The notes below the pieces were generated by a model. The model saw only the letters and a list, made by a program, of their open reading frames with translations. It did not search any database and had not been told where the DNA came from. A program made the translations under genes and the position numbers. Below, piece after piece: positions 54,959 to 64,000 of a stretch of 64,000 bases of DNA (the first letter of the stretch is position 1; every line of letters begins with the position of its first letter). The stretch comes from Candidatus Gastranaerophilaceae bacterium (GTDB lineage: Bacteria; Cyanobacteriota; Vampirovibrionia; Gastranaerophilales; Gastranaerophilaceae): contig JAZSRN010000053.1 of assembly GCA_045538535.1 (NCBI GenBank), positions 15,315 to 79,314 on the forward strand, written 5' to 3'.

Positions 54959-56119
54959 ATGACTAAAAAATATTTTTTACCGCAAAAAGCTGAATTAAAA
55001 CAATTAAAAATTACAGATATTAGCTTGCCAAAACCCGATTTGAAAAACATTTACGAATCAAAAACCGTAGCTATCGGCAAGTGGCTTATTGCTTGGATTG
55101 ATAACGATTTAAAGTCTAACAAAATCAAACATAACGAACTTTTGCCGTCAAAATCTGATTTTGCATATTACCTAGGCGTAAGTATCGGAACTATACAAAA
55201 CGCTTTTAGATACATTGAAGATTTAGGCTGGATAGAATCAAAACAGTGTATCGGGACTTTAGTCAAAGATAAAAACTCTTCGACATCAAACATCCGAAAA
55301 TTAACTTCAAAACGCGAAAAAGCAATCGAAGCCATTAAAAAATACATTTGGGAAAACAATTACAAATGCGGACAAATTTTGCCATCATCACGTTTAATCG
55401 CCGACAGAATCAACTCTTCTCCAAATACCACTCGTCTTGCCCTTGAATATTTGGGAACACAAGGAGTCTTGAAACATAAATTCAAAAAAAGTAATGAAGC
55501 CGGATGGGTTGTACAAAAATCAGATTTTGAATTCCAAAATTATTCTTCGGATAATATCTCCGGCACAACACTTGTTGAAAAGGTGGAAGAAGAACTTAAA
55601 GAATTTATTTCTCAAAACCTAAAAATCGGAGACAAACTTCCAGCGCATTCAGAGTTGTCGAAAATACTAAAAGTTAGCATCAAAACCGTTCACGATGCGC
55701 TTTCTCATTTGATTGATAACGGAATTTTGCTTGCTCGTCGCGGACGTTATGGCACAACAGTTATCAAAATGCCTTACTCCAACAATATTGACGTCAAAAA
55801 AGAAACCTCGATATTTGCACCGGCAAAAGATACGGCATTTTACTATTATGAAAAAACTCAAAATCACATAAAAAAAATGATTGCTGAAAAATATCAAATC
55901 GGCGAAAAATTACCGTCAATAGTTGAACTTTCAAAAGAATTAGACATAAGCCCAAATACTATCCGAAAAGCATTTGGTAACCTCGCAAAAGAAGGTTATT
56001 TGGCATTTTCAAGAGGGCGCTACGGCGGAACTTTTGTCCTCGACATTCCGGAGATGGAAGAACACGCATTCAAATGGTTAGCGGTAAATCCTAAATTCGC
56101 GGAATTGTATAAAAATTAG
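54959..56119 (+). CDS. Protein composed of four tandem GntR-type winged-helix domains
   Basis: Four repeats of the pattern LPS..(E)L...L.VS..T...A...L...G.L....G.G..V, around aa 36-103, 118-187, 205-270 and 294-361. Confidence 0.7.
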   Translation: MTKKYFLPQKAELKQLKITDISLPKPDLKNIYESKTVAIGKWLIAWIDNDLKSNKIKHNELLPSKSDFAYYLGVSIGTIQNAFRYIEDLGWIESKQCIGTLVKDKNSSTSNIRKLTSKREKAIEAIKKYIWENNYKCGQILPSSRLIADRINSSPNTTRLALEYLGTQGVLKHKFKKSNEAGWVVQKSDFEFQNYSSDNISGTTLVEKVEEELKEFISQNLKIGDKLPAHSELSKILKVSIKTVHDALSHLIDNGILLARRGRYGTTVIKMPYSNNIDVKKETSIFAPAKDTAFYYYEKTQNHIKKMIAEKYQIGEKLPSIVELSKELDISPNTIRKAFGNLAKEGYLAFSRGRYGGTFVLDIPEMEEHAFKWLAVNPKFAELYKN

Positions 56120-56195
56120 TCTAAAAATTGACAAAATATCAAAAAACTTATATAATCTAGACGTTATAGTATTATTTATTATAAAGGATTATTAT

Positions 56196-56867
56196 ATGAG
56201 AAAGATATTTTCTAACAAAACACAACGCCAAGCGTTCACACTTGCAGAAGTTTTAATAACATTGGGTATTATCGGCATTGTGTCTGCAATTACAATGCCA
56301 ACATTGATTAGCAACCATAAACAACAGACTTATATGACAACCTTGCATAAAGTCTACAACGAAACACATCAAGCATTAACCCAATTAAAAACTGACAAAA
56401 ACGTGGAAACTTTGACTGAAGCTGGCTTAAATTCTAATGCAGCATTAGCTGACTGGGCAAAAAAATATTTCAAAGTTCAAACTGATTGCGGTACAAGTGC
56501 TACACCGTGTTTTGCTCCTTCATACAAGCATTTAAAAGGTGCAACCGTCAGCGACATATCATTTACAAGCGGTGCTAGTTGTTTCCAACTTCCAAGCGGT
56601 GCATCCATAAGACCATATTACAAGAGTGAATACGAAAAGAAAATTAATCTTTTTGTCGACACAAACGGTGCAAAAGGCCCAAATATTTTGGGTAGAGATG
56701 CATATTTATTAGGAATATACAATAACGGAACAATTGATGACTATGATGGAGGTTCTGTACCATTGACTCCGGCAAGACGAACTGCGCTATATAACAATAA
56801 ATGCAATTCCACTACTGGCAGTGTTTGGGGTTGTTTTGGCAACGTATTAAACAACGGCTGGAAATAG
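56196..56867 (+). CDS. Prepilin-type N-terminal cleavage/methylation domain protein
   Basis: RQA|FTLAEVLITLGIIGIVSAITMP. The C-terminus is C-x9-C-x6-NGWK. Confidence 0.8.
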   Translation: MRKIFSNKTQRQAFTLAEVLITLGIIGIVSAITMPTLISNHKQQTYMTTLHKVYNETHQALTQLKTDKNVETLTEAGLNSNAALADWAKKYFKVQTDCGTSATPCFAPSYKHLKGATVSDISFTSGASCFQLPSGASIRPYYKSEYEKKINLFVDTNGAKGPNILGRDAYLLGIYNNGTIDDYDGGSVPLTPARRTALYNNKCNSTTGSVWGCFGNVLNNGWK

Positions 56868-56868
56868 A

Positions 56869-57525
56869 TTATACATTACAAATTTTTGAATATTCACAAG
56901 AGGCACATTTATCAGATTTTTTACAATCAAAAGATGTGTCTTTTGTTATTTCAGCACAAACGTTTTCTATTATATTTTTATATTGCGCTTTCAAATTGTC
57001 ATCAAATAAAACTTCCACATTACGATTATTTTTCAAATCAATATAAACAAACTGTATCTTACGAGTATCTCCTTTAGAGCGCAAAAACTCATCTAATATT
57101 AACAAATACGAAATCGTTTGAAAATCATACTGTGGATTTTTTGGAACTGAACCGGTCTTGTAGTCCAAAATATAATATCCGGACTCATCTTTCATTAAGG
57201 CATCAAGTCTTCCGCTCAACCAATACCCGCTAATATTTGCAGACAAATTATATTCTGAATTTACATAACACTTTTTAAAATAACTATTTTCACAAAGTTT
57301 TTGGAAAATTTCGGTTTCTTCAAAGTTTAAAGCCTCACCTAATTTCGTAATATCTTGTCCGCTCAAGTAATAATGTGCAAGTGCATGGATTTTTTTACCT
57401 TTTACAAAATAAGATGAAGGCATAGGGATATTGATTTTTTCAAGATACTTAAGCCTATATTTATAAGGGCATTCACTATATGTTTTTAGCATATTCGGGT
57501 AAAATATAATCGAATTTTTAAGCAT
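56869..57525 (-). CDS. PD-(D/E)XK nuclease with Cas4/AddB-type four-cysteine Fe-S cluster motif
   Basis: One N-terminal Cys (YSECPYKY), RLDAL...ILDYKTG catalytic core, QxxxY (FQTISY) and C-terminal CKKSDKCASC. ATG 57525 has RBS GGAGG and overlaps the helicase stop by 8 nt. Confidence 0.75.
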   Translation of the reverse strand: MLKNSIIFYPNMLKTYSECPYKYRLKYLEKINIPMPSSYFVKGKKIHALAHYYLSGQDITKLGEALNFEETEIFQKLCENSYFKKCYVNSEYNLSANISGYWLSGRLDALMKDESGYYILDYKTGSVPKNPQYDFQTISYLLILDEFLRSKGDTRKIQFVYIDLKNNRNVEVLFDDNLKAQYKNIIENVCAEITKDTSFDCKKSDKCASCEYSKICNV

Positions 57526-60500
57526 TAATGACCTCCACATCCCCAATGATTTGTTCGAAAATCATACTCGGCTTTTCAATTTTCATTTTACCATAGCTTT
57601 TAACATTAGTCGCGGCAGTAATATATAAATACTTACGCGCGCGGGTAATTGCAACATATAATAATCGCAAATGTTCAGATATCAATTCTTTTTTTAACTC
57701 AAAAACCGTTTTTTTCTTATATTTTGGATTTAGTTGTTTTAATTGTTCCGGCAAAGAACTGCCTTTCAATTCAAACCCATTAAAATCAATGTTCAAATTT
57801 TTCTCCAACAATTCGGGAATAAAAACATAATCAAACTCATCACCTTTTGACTTATGCATTGTCATAATTTGAATTTTACCCACCAAAACATCATTAGCTG
57901 CTTCATCTTCTTCTGAGAAAAACCTAAAGCCACTCAAACTTTTACGTTTTGATAATTCATACAAACGTTCTAAAACATAGTTAAAACCGGAATTTGTCAC
58001 AGACAAACGTTTTATGAGGGTACCTATCAAGTAAATATTAGATTTTTCAATCTCACCTGAAAAATAATAAAGTCCTATTTTCATCGCCAATTCATCAATA
58101 GGCAAATGAGCAAACGAAATCCAATAATTTACATCCCAATAAAACTGTTCAAGATATATATTTCCGATAACATCACAATTCAATTGCACAAAAGGATTTT
58201 CATATTTCCGAATATCCGAAGCCATACGACCATTATACAATCCAAAATCAGACAAAACCTCATACTGTGTTGCTAAATTGTCATTATCGAACGGTCGTTG
58301 AATGATTTTAAGCATTGCAAATATTACTTTAAATATTGATTTTTGCTCTAAAGATTCACTTCTAGTAATTGCTTTTAAACCACTATTATTTATAAAATTT
58401 TGCCACTCAATAACTTGATAATTCGTTCTTAACAAAATCCCAAACGTTGCTTTCGGATTTTTTTTAAGTGCTTTCTTAATTTCTCTAAGCACATAATTCC
58501 GCTCTTCCGAAATTGTTTTGAAAACCCTTGCTTGTATAGCATTTTCACTAACCGGATTTTTACCTTCTACCGGTTTCATCATCATATTATAAAAAGAATT
58601 TTTGTAACTCGGCCGTTTTTCAGCCCATTCAACCAAAGCATTTGCAAGTTTCCAAACACCTTCACAACAACGCTGAGAACAATCCATACTTACGGGATTG
58701 CTCTCTTTTATAAAATTACGAAATCCCTCGACATCGGCATTTGAAAATGTTGTAGTAATAGCTTGATTTATATCCCCACAACGTATAAGATTCTGGTGTT
58801 TTCCACTCAAAAGATTTATTAACCGTTGCTGAATTTCGGAAGAATCTTGCGCTTCATCTTCTATAATATAATGACAAACATTTTGATAATACGCCAATAT
58901 ATCCGGATTTTCTTCCAATAATTTTACAGACGAAATCAAAATATCATCATAATCTATTAAATTGTTTTCTGCCAATTTTTTTTGATAAGCAAGGAAAAAT
59001 TCCTTAAATTTTAATATCTTTTTGTCCGTAATTCTTGCATCAAAACTAACATTAGAAAATTTACAACACGAAAGGCAACTCATAAACTCTTCGGTTTCTT
59101 TTTGTTTTAAACCTAATTCCGCAGAAACCTCTTTTACAATTCGAGTTTTTTGAGTATCATCACAAATTTCAAAATCTGATGATAAGTTTAATCTTTCAAA
59201 ATTCGAATTTTCTTTCAAAATCCTCAATGCTAAACCATGAATAGTGCTAATGTTAGGTAATTGATTTGACTCCGGTCGAATATTTTTAATTCTCTCCCTA
59301 AAATTACGCGCTGCAGATTCCATATATGTCATAACGAAAATATTTTCAGGGTTTACACCTTGATTAAGGATTTTTAATATTAAAGCCAATAAAATAGTTG
59401 TTTTACCGGCACCCGGAACCGCGGATATTGCCATTTTACCAGCCTTATATTCTAATACGGGTTTTTGGTCATCCCGAGGAATTATAGGCTTTACACTTTT
59501 GATTTCATTGTTTTTTTCTGTATTCTCTTTTACACAGATATGGTTTTCTATTCCGCCGAAATTCTCAACACCACTACTATCAAACAAACTAGAAAAAGCG
59601 TATACTTTTTCTTCAGACAATAAAGTTAACTTTCGTAGAATTTTTGCAGTTTTTTCTGTCGAAAGATTTATATTATCTTCAATCGTAAATTCATTTTTTT
59701 CCCAACCTTTTTGAAAAACCCAAGCATTATATAATGGCCCCGTATCCGATTTTATCCACTCAGAATTTGAAACATCGAGCCAGAAGGAATATTTCACTTT
59801 TACTTGATTATCTATTATTTTTTGCGGAGTCCCTACAACCAAATCGTTCTTAAATATTTCAACTTTAGAAACGGGATTTTCAGCAATAATTGAATTTTCG
59901 ATTTGTGTTAAAATTTCTTCTTTTCTATTGATGAAATCAGCACCTAAAACATTCTCAAAATCTTCAATCTGCTTTACAAAAAAATTAAACTTTACAAGTT
60001 CCTCTAATTTCACCAAAGAAAAATCGGCCAATTGGTTAAAAATATCCACAACTTGCTCGGAAAGATTTCGGTTATCCCTTGAACCTTCGTCCAAAACTTT
60101 GAGTAACAAATTGTATTTAGCCAAATATTCATTCGGCAACACCTCACAAACATCTAGTTTTTTGGTTTTAGTAAAATTTACTAATATTTCACGACAATAT
60201 TTCAACGGAATACCTAAAAAACCTGTCAATATACTTCGGATATCAAATTCACTCAAATTGTTTTTCAATTCAGAATTCAATTTTAGAATATTTATAACAG
60301 ATAACACTAAACGATTTTGAATTAACTTTTCATTACCGGATAAATATTTTGTTTTTACGAATTTACGCAATTTTTCACGCAATGAAAACTTTAACATATC
60401 ATCAATTACCGGCGTAACAATAGAAATTTCACAAGGTTTAACATTTCTATCTAAAAGAGAATTAATCTCTTCAATAACAAAATCTACCATCGATGCCCTT

Positions 60501-61438
60501 TTTGACAACGAAAAACTTTTAAAATTTTCTAAAATATTTTGTTCGTTATTAAGAACATTTAAAAACAACTTCTCTGCATCTTGCAAACCACAAGACTCCA
60601 AAACTTCAGATGTAGAATTGGTAAAAACATTTTCAAACTCCCAAACCGACATCCTATCTGCACTCAAATAACCACAACGACTCCCACCTTTTTTATCGTA
60701 TACAATAAAATAATCCGTAAGTTGAGGCGCAAGATATTTTATAAACTCAAAACAAACCGGTGTTATTTCATCTCCATCATCTAAAATTAAATATTTAATT
60801 TTTTCGAAACAATTGGTATTCTTGTACAAATAATTAAAAACCAAAATTTGTCTCAAATAATCCATCTGCCGATAAAAAAGAGTTTTCGACAAAAATTTTT
60901 TCAATGTCAATTTAATATCGGCCGCAAACCCCTCCTTCAGAATTTTTGATCTTTCCTCAACATCTTTGTCTGAAAGATTATTTTGCACAATAAGTGAATA
61001 CCTTCTAAATATTTGATGCAAAAGGGATTTTTTAGAATTATACCCTTTAAATTCAACTTTTTTGAGAATGTCACGAAGCAAAAATTGCGAAACCTCAAGC
61101 CCCGCCAAATTTGGCAAAACCGTTGGATTATTAAACGGATTAGACTGCTCTATACTTGCCCAATTATCAGTTATCGCATTATAAACCAAAGAATTAAACG
61201 AGTGCACTTGCAATTTTTCAAACGAGTTTATTGTTAATAAAGGTAATATTTTTTCAATAAATTTATCTTTTAAACTTGAATTTAAAACAAGAACCAAAAT
61301 TTCAGAAGCATCAATGCCACTGTTCAGCAATTGCGCATACTTTTGAATTAAAAAATCCGTTTTATTACTCGACAAATCCGCTTCTACTAACAACTTTACA
61401 TCCCTTTTTAATTTTAATTTTAACATGAAAAAACACAA
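57518..61438 (-). CDS. UvrD/AddA-type helicase fused to an N-terminal degenerate AddB-like helicase-like half (1306 aa)
   Basis: The C-terminal half carries Walker A AVPGAGKTT (about aa 675), IIEDEAQDS, MTMHKSKGDEFDYVFIP and VAITRARKYLYI. The N-terminal 650 aa has degenerate equivalents (DLSSNKT, ILDDGDE). No nuclease domain is present. Confidence 0.8.
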   Translation of the reverse strand: MCFFMLKLKLKRDVKLLVEADLSSNKTDFLIQKYAQLLNSGIDASEILVLVLNSSLKDKFIEKILPLLTINSFEKLQVHSFNSLVYNAITDNWASIEQSNPFNNPTVLPNLAGLEVSQFLLRDILKKVEFKGYNSKKSLLHQIFRRYSLIVQNNLSDKDVEERSKILKEGFAADIKLTLKKFLSKTLFYRQMDYLRQILVFNYLYKNTNCFEKIKYLILDDGDEITPVCFEFIKYLAPQLTDYFIVYDKKGGSRCGYLSADRMSVWEFENVFTNSTSEVLESCGLQDAEKLFLNVLNNEQNILENFKSFSLSKRASMVDFVIEEINSLLDRNVKPCEISIVTPVIDDMLKFSLREKLRKFVKTKYLSGNEKLIQNRLVLSVINILKLNSELKNNLSEFDIRSILTGFLGIPLKYCREILVNFTKTKKLDVCEVLPNEYLAKYNLLLKVLDEGSRDNRNLSEQVVDIFNQLADFSLVKLEELVKFNFFVKQIEDFENVLGADFINRKEEILTQIENSIIAENPVSKVEIFKNDLVVGTPQKIIDNQVKVKYSFWLDVSNSEWIKSDTGPLYNAWVFQKGWEKNEFTIEDNINLSTEKTAKILRKLTLLSEEKVYAFSSLFDSSGVENFGGIENHICVKENTEKNNEIKSVKPIIPRDDQKPVLEYKAGKMAISAVPGAGKTTILLALILKILNQGVNPENIFVMTYMESAARNFRERIKNIRPESNQLPNISTIHGLALRILKENSNFERLNLSSDFEICDDTQKTRIVKEVSAELGLKQKETEEFMSCLSCCKFSNVSFDARITDKKILKFKEFFLAYQKKLAENNLIDYDDILISSVKLLEENPDILAYYQNVCHYIIEDEAQDSSEIQQRLINLLSGKHQNLIRCGDINQAITTTFSNADVEGFRNFIKESNPVSMDCSQRCCEGVWKLANALVEWAEKRPSYKNSFYNMMMKPVEGKNPVSENAIQARVFKTISEERNYVLREIKKALKKNPKATFGILLRTNYQVIEWQNFINNSGLKAITRSESLEQKSIFKVIFAMLKIIQRPFDNDNLATQYEVLSDFGLYNGRMASDIRKYENPFVQLNCDVIGNIYLEQFYWDVNYWISFAHLPIDELAMKIGLYYFSGEIEKSNIYLIGTLIKRLSVTNSGFNYVLERLYELSKRKSLSGFRFFSEEDEAANDVLVGKIQIMTMHKSKGDEFDYVFIPELLEKNLNIDFNGFELKGSSLPEQLKQLNPKYKKKTVFELKKELISEHLRLLYVAITRARKYLYITAATNVKSYGKMKIEKPSMIFEQIIGDVEVINA

Positions 61439-61557
61439 AAAAAAAATAAAAAATCATCCTAAAATACTATTGATTTTTGCCGACATATAAGCTAGTCTTG
61501 TATTCAAGGAATTACTGAGAGTTCAGTAAGAGAGAATTAAATAACATGGAGGCAAAC

Positions 61558-61764
61558 ATGCAAGAATTACAAGAACAAATCGGATTTTCAGCTGGTGAAA
61601 TTTATGATTATTTGAGCAGCAATGGAGAAGTAACTTTCTCTAAAATGAAAAAAGAATTAGACTTGAAAGGTAACTTTGCAGACTTAGGTCTTGGTTGGTT
61701 AGCTAGAGAAGATAAAGTAGAAATTTCTAAAAAAGGTTCTTCAGTTAGCGTAAGACTTAAATAG
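61558..61764 (+). CDS. Small winged-helix protein (DUF2582-like)
   Basis: GEIYDYLSSNGEVTFSKMKKEL...LGWLAREDKV. RBS GGAGG before the ATG at 61558. Confidence 0.55.
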   Translation: MQELQEQIGFSAGEIYDYLSSNGEVTFSKMKKELDLKGNFADLGLGWLAREDKVEISKKGSSVSVRLK

Positions 61765-61784
61765 TTGAATAAAAAATTCATTGT

Positions 61785-61815
61785 AAAAAAGACCACACAA
61801 TCGTGTGGTCTTTTT
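61785..61815. terminator. Bidirectional rho-independent terminator
   Basis: AAAAAGACCACAC-aatc-GTGTGGTCTTTTT. Confidence 0.85.
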
Positions 61816-61844
61816 GTCCCTAAATCCGGTAACTGTACCCTGCG

Positions 61845-62033
61845 CTATTCCAGCAAATCTTCTAATAACGACGCATTTTTACTTGCAGTCGTAGATTCAC
61901 GAACTTTTTGCTTGTAAATATAAGTTCGCAAAGCCTCTCTAATCAATTCACTACGTGAACGATTTTCACCATCCGCAACCTGATCAATCTTATTCAAAAA
62001 ATCTTCAGGCATAGAAATTAATACTCGAGCCAT
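61845..62033 (-). CDS. CopG/ribbon-helix-helix family protein
   Basis: MARVLISMPEDFLNKIDQVADGENRSRSELIREALRTYI is a typical RHH N-terminus. Confidence 0.75.
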   Translation of the reverse strand: MARVLISMPEDFLNKIDQVADGENRSRSELIREALRTYIYKQKVRESTTASKNASLLEDLLE

Positions 62034-62275
62034 GTATACTCCTTTTCTCTTTCAACATGTATTTTCTCTATATTTATATAAAAACGACAAGATATAAAAA
62101 AGTGCTAAATTTTATATAAAGAATATATGGCTTTGCGGAAAACCTAGGCAAAACAAGACTTTACAAGTTTACATTTCTTAATATATTTTGTATTTTTCTC
62201 AAATAAGTTAAAACGACTTTACAGAACGATTATTTTAATATACTATATAAAAAAAAGTATCCGATGGAGAAATAC

Positions 62276-62986
62276 ATGGAATTCAAGAGAATATTATTAA
62301 AAATAAGCGGGGAAGCACTTTTAGGAGAACAACAATTCGGAATTGACCAAAATCCGGTCAAAATGATTGCGCACGAAATCCAAAAAGCGCGTGAATTGGG
62401 CGCAGAAATTGCCGTTGTTGTTGGAGGCGGAAACATTTTCCGAGGAATGAGAAACTCTGCAAAATTAGGTATGGATCAAGCTTCCGGAGATTATGTTGGC
62501 ATGCTGGCTACAGTTATGAACGCAATCGCCTTGCAAAGTGCTCTTAACCAAATCGGAATTCCTTGCAGAGTGCAAAGTGCAATTGCAATGAATCAAATCG
62601 CAGAACCATATATTAGGCACAGAGCAATTCGTCATCTTGAAAAAGGACGTGTAGTAATTTTTGCTGCCGGCACCGGAAATCCATTCTTTACAACTGATAC
62701 CGCAGCCGCACTAAGAGCTTCCGAAATTAACGCCGAAGCTATGCTTATGGCTAAAAACGGCGTTGACGGGGTTTATGATGATGACCCACGTACAAATCCT
62801 AATGCTAAAAAATTAGAAGATATCACTTATGATGATATCATCAAACACGATTTAAAAGTTATGGACACTTCGGCTTGCACATTATGTAAACAAAACAACA
62901 TACCTATAGTAGTTTTTGATTTCGATGCGCAAAACGGAATCTGTGATATCCTAAATGGCAAAAAAATAGGAACATCAATTAAATAA
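62276..62986 (+). CDS. pyrH: UMP kinase
   Basis: [22 protein letters not shown] and [16 protein letters not shown] prefer the ATG at 62276 (GGAGA upstream). Confidence 0.9.
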   Translation: MEFKRILLKISGEALLGEQQFGIDQNPVKMIAHEIQKARELGAEIAVVVGGGNIFRGMRNSAKLGMDQASGDYVGMLATVMNAIALQSALNQIGIPCRVQSAIAMNQIAEPYIRHRAIRHLEKGRVVIFAAGTGNPFFTTDTAAALRASEINAEAMLMAKNGVDGVYDDDPRTNPNAKKLEDITYDDIIKHDLKVMDTSACTLCKQNNIPIVVFDFDAQNGICDILNGKKIGTSIK

Positions 62987-63023
62987 ATGTATTAATATTA
63001 TAAATAAAGGAAAGAGGTTAAAA

Positions 63024-63590
63024 ATGGCAGAATCACTAGAAGAACTTTTTTTATTCGGTGAAGAAAAAATGGAAAAAGCTATTGCTCAGTTGCGTCGTGA
63101 ATTTGGACAAATACGTTCGGGCAGAGCTAATCCGTTAATTTTAGATAAAGTTGTAGTTGATTACTATGGTGCACCAACACCATTAAGACAAATGTCTCAA
63201 GTTACGGTTCAAGACGGGACAACATTGGTTATCACACCGTACGACAAATCAATTTTGAAAGAAATTGAAAAAGCTATCATCAAAGCTGAAATCGGTATCA
63301 CCCCAAATAGTGACGGTGTTTGCATCAGATTAGCATTCCCACCGCTAACTGAAGAAAGAAGAAAAGAAATCGTTAAAGATGTTAAAAAATTGGGCGAAGA
63401 TGCAAAAGTTGCAGTTAGAAATATTCGCCGCGATATGACAGATGACCTTAAAAAACTTGAAAAATCAGAAAATATGCCGGAAGATACCGTTAAAGATAAT
63501 CAAAATGAAATCCAAAAATTAACGGATAAATACACCGGAATTATTGATTCTGCAGTAGCAGACAAAGAAAAAGAGGTTCTCACAGTATAA
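63024..63590 (+). CDS. frr: Ribosome recycling factor
   Basis: [23 protein letters not shown]...V...D...L.I.P.D in a 188-aa protein downstream of pyrH. Confidence 0.92.
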   Translation: MAESLEELFLFGEEKMEKAIAQLRREFGQIRSGRANPLILDKVVVDYYGAPTPLRQMSQVTVQDGTTLVITPYDKSILKEIEKAIIKAEIGITPNSDGVCIRLAFPPLTEERRKEIVKDVKKLGEDAKVAVRNIRRDMTDDLKKLEKSENMPEDTVKDNQNEIQKLTDKYTGIIDSAVADKEKEVLTV

Positions 63591-64000
63591 TGGATGTTAT
63601 AAAAGGCTTGAATAAAAACGCAACAAGAATGCTGACCGGCTTGATTATGGGTACAATTGCAATGTTATCTATAATTCATGGTGGTGTTGCATTGCTTGCA
63701 CTTGTACTTTTGGTAATATTTGCGGCATCTAGAGAATATGTAAAAATTCTCGAACACAAAGGTTTTTATCCAAGCCTTAAAGTCATCCTTTTATCAGAAG
63801 CTTTCTTAGCAGCAATTGCATATTTTCAACGTTTTGACCTTGTTGCAGTTGCCCTAACATTTTGTACGGTTATAACATTTATGTGGGTACTATTCAAAGG
63901 ACGTCAACCATATATCGCAAATGCAGCAACAACAATCTTAGGATTTGTTTATTGTGGCTGGTTTCCTTTACATTTATTATTTTTAAGAAATTTAAACTGT
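63590..64000 (+). CDS. cdsA: Phosphatidate cytidylyltransferase, N-terminal part (3' end outside window)
   Basis: The ATG overlaps the frr stop (TAATG). The polytopic hydrophobic translation [21 protein letters not shown]...REYVKIL stays open to the window end, in the pyrH-frr-cdsA synteny. Confidence 0.65.
   Translation, partial: MDVIKGLNKNATRMLTGLIMGTIAMLSIIHGGVALLALVLLVIFAASREYVKILEHKGFYPSLKVILLSEAFLAAIAYFQRFDLVAVALTFCTVITFMWVLFKGRQPYIANAATTILGFVYCGWFPLHLLFLRNLNC

Noticed and set aside
61845-62033. CopG/RHH protein as the antitoxin of a toxin-antitoxin pair
   Set aside because: No toxin-sized ORF is co-oriented next to it. It is flanked by a terminator on one side and the pyrH promoter region on the other.

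Overview
This is an AT-rich bacterial chromosomal segment. The gene content points to a diderm (Skp/OmpH, a ShlB/FhaC-type barrel) that is probably anaerobic (rubrerythrin). The pilin-like genes resemble those of Melainabacteria- or Elusimicrobia-like gut lineages, but that is only a guess. All family calls come from reading motifs by eye; no searches were run.

Most of the window is ordinary. It holds housekeeping genes (miaB, tadA, bioD-bioA, cdd, recR-ybaB, rsfS, pyrH-frr-cdsA, an isocitrate dehydrogenase and a class II photolyase). It also holds two two-component systems and two polysaccharide/glycosyltransferase clusters (32.4-35.4 kb and 41.4-44.5 kb). Three pilin-like genes and TPR proteins complete the ordinary set.

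Four things stand out:
1. A roughly 6 kb variable-looking block lies between tRNA-Ala (14620-14692) and the photolyase gene. It has five unrecognisable minus-strand ORFs. They are separated by long spacers built from reused modules: GC-rich hairpins, helically phased TTGCA arrays and a shared promoter box. The block ends in a 210-nt duplication of the photolyase 5' end that brackets a 1.94 kb insert. No integrase or transposase is visible.
2. Three glycine-zipper membrane proteins (10067-11503, 36779-37978, 38131-38976) share a conserved upstream box.
3. An AddAB-like helicase-nuclease has a rearranged architecture. One 1306-aa protein carries an AddB-like half plus a UvrD-type half, and it is translationally coupled to a separate small Cas4-like Fe-S nuclease.
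4. One protein is made of four tandem GntR-type winged-helix domains and sits inside a pilin/XRE locus.

No CRISPR array, rRNA, prophage or IS element was seen.
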